Shown: positions 57,119 to 59,502 of the stretch, in pieces
Layout: each line of letters opens with the position of its first letter
How positions within the stretch are numbered: the first letter of the stretch is position 1
Assembly (NCBI GenBank): GCA_043821725.1
Contig: JBDRCM010000002.1
Coordinates: 1 to 59,502 of the forward strand
Reading direction: 5' to 3'
DNA: 59,502 bases
DNA from: a bacterium
GTDB lineage: Bacteria; Patescibacteriota; Patescibacteriia; Magasanikbacterales; GWA2-37-8
Notes under the pieces: model-generated
What the model was told of the DNA's origin: nothing
Database searches by the model: none
What the model saw: the letters and a program-made list of their open reading frames with translations, nothing else
Program-made: the position numbers and the translations under genes

Positions 57119-58480
57119 ATGCTTGATAATAACAAAAAAGCTTGGATAGTAGCTGTTGACATGGGATATGGTCATCAAAGAGCCGCATATCCTTTGCGTC
57201 ATCTTAGTCCGGGTGGCAATGTCGTGCTTGCGAATAACTATAAAGGGATATTGCGTAGCGAGAAAAAAATTTGGTATAACTCCAGAATTGTTTACGAATT
57301 GATTTCAAGATTTAAAGCAGTACCATTTTTGGGTGAAAAAGTATTTGATTTGATGGATTATTTTCAGTCAATACCGCCATTTTATCCTCGCCGCGATTTA
57401 TCAAAGCCCACAACACAACTTAAAACAACATACAGATGGATAAGAAAAAAAAGATGGGGTAAGGGATTTATTAATTTTCTAAATGCGGAGAATCCCAAGA
57501 TACCATTAGTCAGCACTTTTTTTATTCCAGCTTTTATGGCTGAAGAGCATGGATATCAGGGAGAAATATATTGTGTTATCTGCGATGCCGATATCAGCAG
57601 GGCTTGGGCGCCTTTTAATCCAAAGAAGAGCAGAATAAAATATTTTGCGCCATGCAGGCGGGTAGTAGAGAGGTTGCTTTTGTATGGAGTTAAAAAAGAA
57701 AATATTTTTCTTACTGGCTTTCCTTTGCCAAAAGAAAACCTTGGTGGTCATAATTTAAATCTGCTTAAAAAGGATTTGGCGCAAAGGTTGATAAATCTTG
57801 ATCTATGCAGTCATTATAGAAAGAAATATGGCAGTACTGTTAATAGATTTTTAACAGATAAGCTTGCCGGGCTAAATGATAACACGCAAAAATGCGCGAG
57901 GCGCGTGCCAACCATAACATTTGCTGTTGGAGGCGCAGGCGCCCAGCGCCAGCTTGCTGATGATATTTTATTTAGTTTAAGGAATTTGATAATTAAGAAA
58001 AGAATTAATTTTAATTTAGTTGCAGGCAGTAGAAATGATGTATATCTGTATTTTATTGAGAGAATAAAAAGAGTTGGTTTGGAAAAAAGCTTGAATAATA
58101 ATTTAAATATTATTTTTAATGTCGATAAAGAACAGTATTTTAAAGATTTCAATGCAGAACTGAGGGTAACTGATGTGCTTTGGACAAAGCCGAGTGAGCT
58201 GGTTTTTTACGCTGCTCTGGGTCTTCCGGTTATTATGGCTCCATCAATCGGCTCGCAGGAAATTTTCAACCGCAGATGGCTTAAGACAATTGGAGCCGGT
58301 ATATCTCAGGAAGATCCGCTTTATGCAAGCGAATGGCTTATTGACTGGCTGGAAAGCGGGTGGCTTGCCGAGGCAGCAATGTCAGGTTATTTGGATGAGC
58401 GCCAATTTGGAACTTACAGTATAGAAGATGTATTATTTAAAGGCGTGAAGGAGCCGACTACGCATTATCAACTTTTATAA
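57119..58480 (+). CDS. GT-B glycosyltransferase-like protein (MGDG synthase/UgtP-like)
   Basis: DMGYGHQRAA, TGFPLP, VGGAGA, DVLWTKPSEL..Y..LGLP..GSQE.FN. Confidence 0.75.
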   Translation: MLDNNKKAWIVAVDMGYGHQRAAYPLRHLSPGGNVVLANNYKGILRSEKKIWYNSRIVYELISRFKAVPFLGEKVFDLMDYFQSIPPFYPRRDLSKPTTQLKTTYRWIRKKRWGKGFINFLNAENPKIPLVSTFFIPAFMAEEHGYQGEIYCVICDADISRAWAPFNPKKSRIKYFAPCRRVVERLLLYGVKKENIFLTGFPLPKENLGGHNLNLLKKDLAQRLINLDLCSHYRKKYGSTVNRFLTDKLAGLNDNTQKCARRVPTITFAVGGAGAQRQLADDILFSLRNLIIKKRINFNLVAGSRNDVYLYFIERIKRVGLEKSLNNNLNIIFNVDKEQYFKDFNAELRVTDVLWTKPSELVFYAALGLPVIMAPSIGSQEIFNRRWLKTIGAGISQEDPLYASEWLIDWLESGWLAEAAMSGYLDERQFGTYSIEDVLFKGVKEPTTHYQLL

Positions 58481-58617
58481 AACATGAATAGGGTATGTTC
58501 TAATTAATGTTATAACGTTTTGAATTATCTTAGTCCAATTTTGTTTTCAAATTTTCAAAGAACATACTGTCTATCCGACCAATTTATTAAATTGATTTGA
58601 GCGAGATAGGCGAGTGA

Positions 58618-58646
58618 TTGACATTTTAGTGTAAATGTCGTATAAT
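58618..58646 (+). promoter_or_regulatory. Consensus sigma70 promoter of tRNA-Asn
   Basis: TTGACA-N17-TATAAT. Confidence 0.85.
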
Positions 58647-58661
58647 ATTTTAACAATTTAT

Positions 58662-58733
58662 TCCGGGGTAGCGCAGCGGTAGCGCAGTTGACTGTTAATC
58701 AATTGGTCGCGGGTTCGAATCCCGCCCCCGGAG
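58662..58733 (+). tRNA. tRNA-Asn(GTT)
   Basis: TCCGGGG/CCCCGGA acceptor stem, loop CT-GTT-AA. Confidence 0.96.
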
Positions 58734-59502
58734 CAAAACAGGATGAGCAGGTTCTAAAGAGCCTGTTTTCTTGTATATAGAGCCATTTTTTAGGAGTTCT
58801 GAAGTTGTGTTTAGCTTGGGTATCCATTCGGCGAGAAAAGCAAACGAATCGGTGTACTCAACATTTAGTTTTTGATCGGTATTGATAGTCATTTCTCTGA
58901 AAATTCGTTGTATAAGCGTTCTTCTGTCGTCGGGTGTAGCTTTTCTGCTGTTATACTTTTCTCGGGCTGTAAACGCCAAATTATGAATCTCAACGCCCAC
59001 CTCGTAATAGTTCTTGACCCGTGAATTTAGCTTTTCCAATTTACTCATTATGTCCTTTTGTTGCTTACCAAATAGCTTGAATTTTTTATTGTAATAATCC
59101 TCGGATATCTTGCCGTCCAGTTTATCGTCATACATCTTGTCAAAGCGGTTTTCTATCTTTTGTAGTTCGGCGGTTAATGATTCTCGGGTAGTCGCTGAAT
59201 AATCCTTTTTGCCTTTGTTGCTTTCTTTGAGGGCTTTATTTATCCAGTCCAAAACTTCCTTATTATTCGGACGGATTTTGTCCATCATTTCATTTAGTAT
59301 CTCGTCAATATTTTCCTCTTTAATATATCCCTTTCGTGTACAGGGTTTAAATCCACGACAAGAGCCGTAATTGTGGCCTTTTTGTGTTTGCCAACTAATA
59401 AGACAACCGCACTCCTCACAACGAATTAAACCTTTGAAAGTATGAAATTTCTTTTTGTATTGTCCGGCTTTGAGTGGTCTTCTTAATTTTTCTTGTACCT
59501 CG
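58695..59502 (-). CDS. Large serine recombinase, C-terminal part (5' end outside the window)
   Basis: Frame open upstream of 59288: FKGLIRCEECG...YGSC..KPC zinc ribbon, then coiled coil; C-terminus LRGRDSNPRPID is read antisense through tRNA-Asn. Confidence 0.88.
   Translation of the reverse strand, partial: EVQEKLRRPLKAGQYKKKFHTFKGLIRCEECGCLISWQTQKGHNYGSCRGFKPCTRKGYIKEENIDEILNEMMDKIRPNNKEVLDWINKALKESNKGKKDYSATTRESLTAELQKIENRFDKMYDDKLDGKISEDYYNKKFKLFGKQQKDIMSKLEKLNSRVKNYYEVGVEIHNLAFTAREKYNSRKATPDDRRTLIQRIFREMTINTDQKLNVEYTDSFAFLAEWIPKLNTTSELLKNGSIYKKTGSLEPAHPVLLRGRDSNPRPID

Noticed and set aside
1363-58424. Numerous 60-180 aa ORFs overlapping large genes
   Set aside because: Antisense or alternate-frame shadows of well-supported housekeeping CDSs

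Overview
AT-rich bacterial chromosome segment using the standard genetic code. Gene content and mostly SD-less leaders suggest a Patescibacteria/CPR (Parcubacteria-like) genome (inference). Housekeeping blocks: mreBCD, UvrD-nuclease, VirB4/TraG-like ATPase, nnrD, mscS, secA, secD (carrying inserted parvulin PPIase domains), secF, gdhA, yidC, holB, frr, glyQS, tpiA, rpmG, smpB-ssrA-infC-rpmI-rplT, clpB with a CIRCE variant, six tRNAs, and a large serine recombinase reading into tRNA-Asn at the right edge. Two features stand out. (1) Downstream of tRNA-Trp (30856-36521) lies an integrase-less array of small gene cassettes. Each junction carries a GCCTGCT core identical to the tRNA-Trp 3' end, flanked by conserved left and right arms in reshuffled combinations, which suggests a tRNA-anchored, integron-like cassette system. 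(2) A ~440-nt highly structured intergenic RNA candidate with its own sigma70 promoter (53948-54390) that I cannot assign to a known family. Also present: a MITE family with 5-bp target-site duplications, REP-like palindrome clusters, an orphan IS end, three single-lesion interrupted genes, an orphan leader-peptide attenuator, several SD-led micro-ORFs and a candidate anti-SD sRNA. All calls are from reading the sequence; no searches were run.
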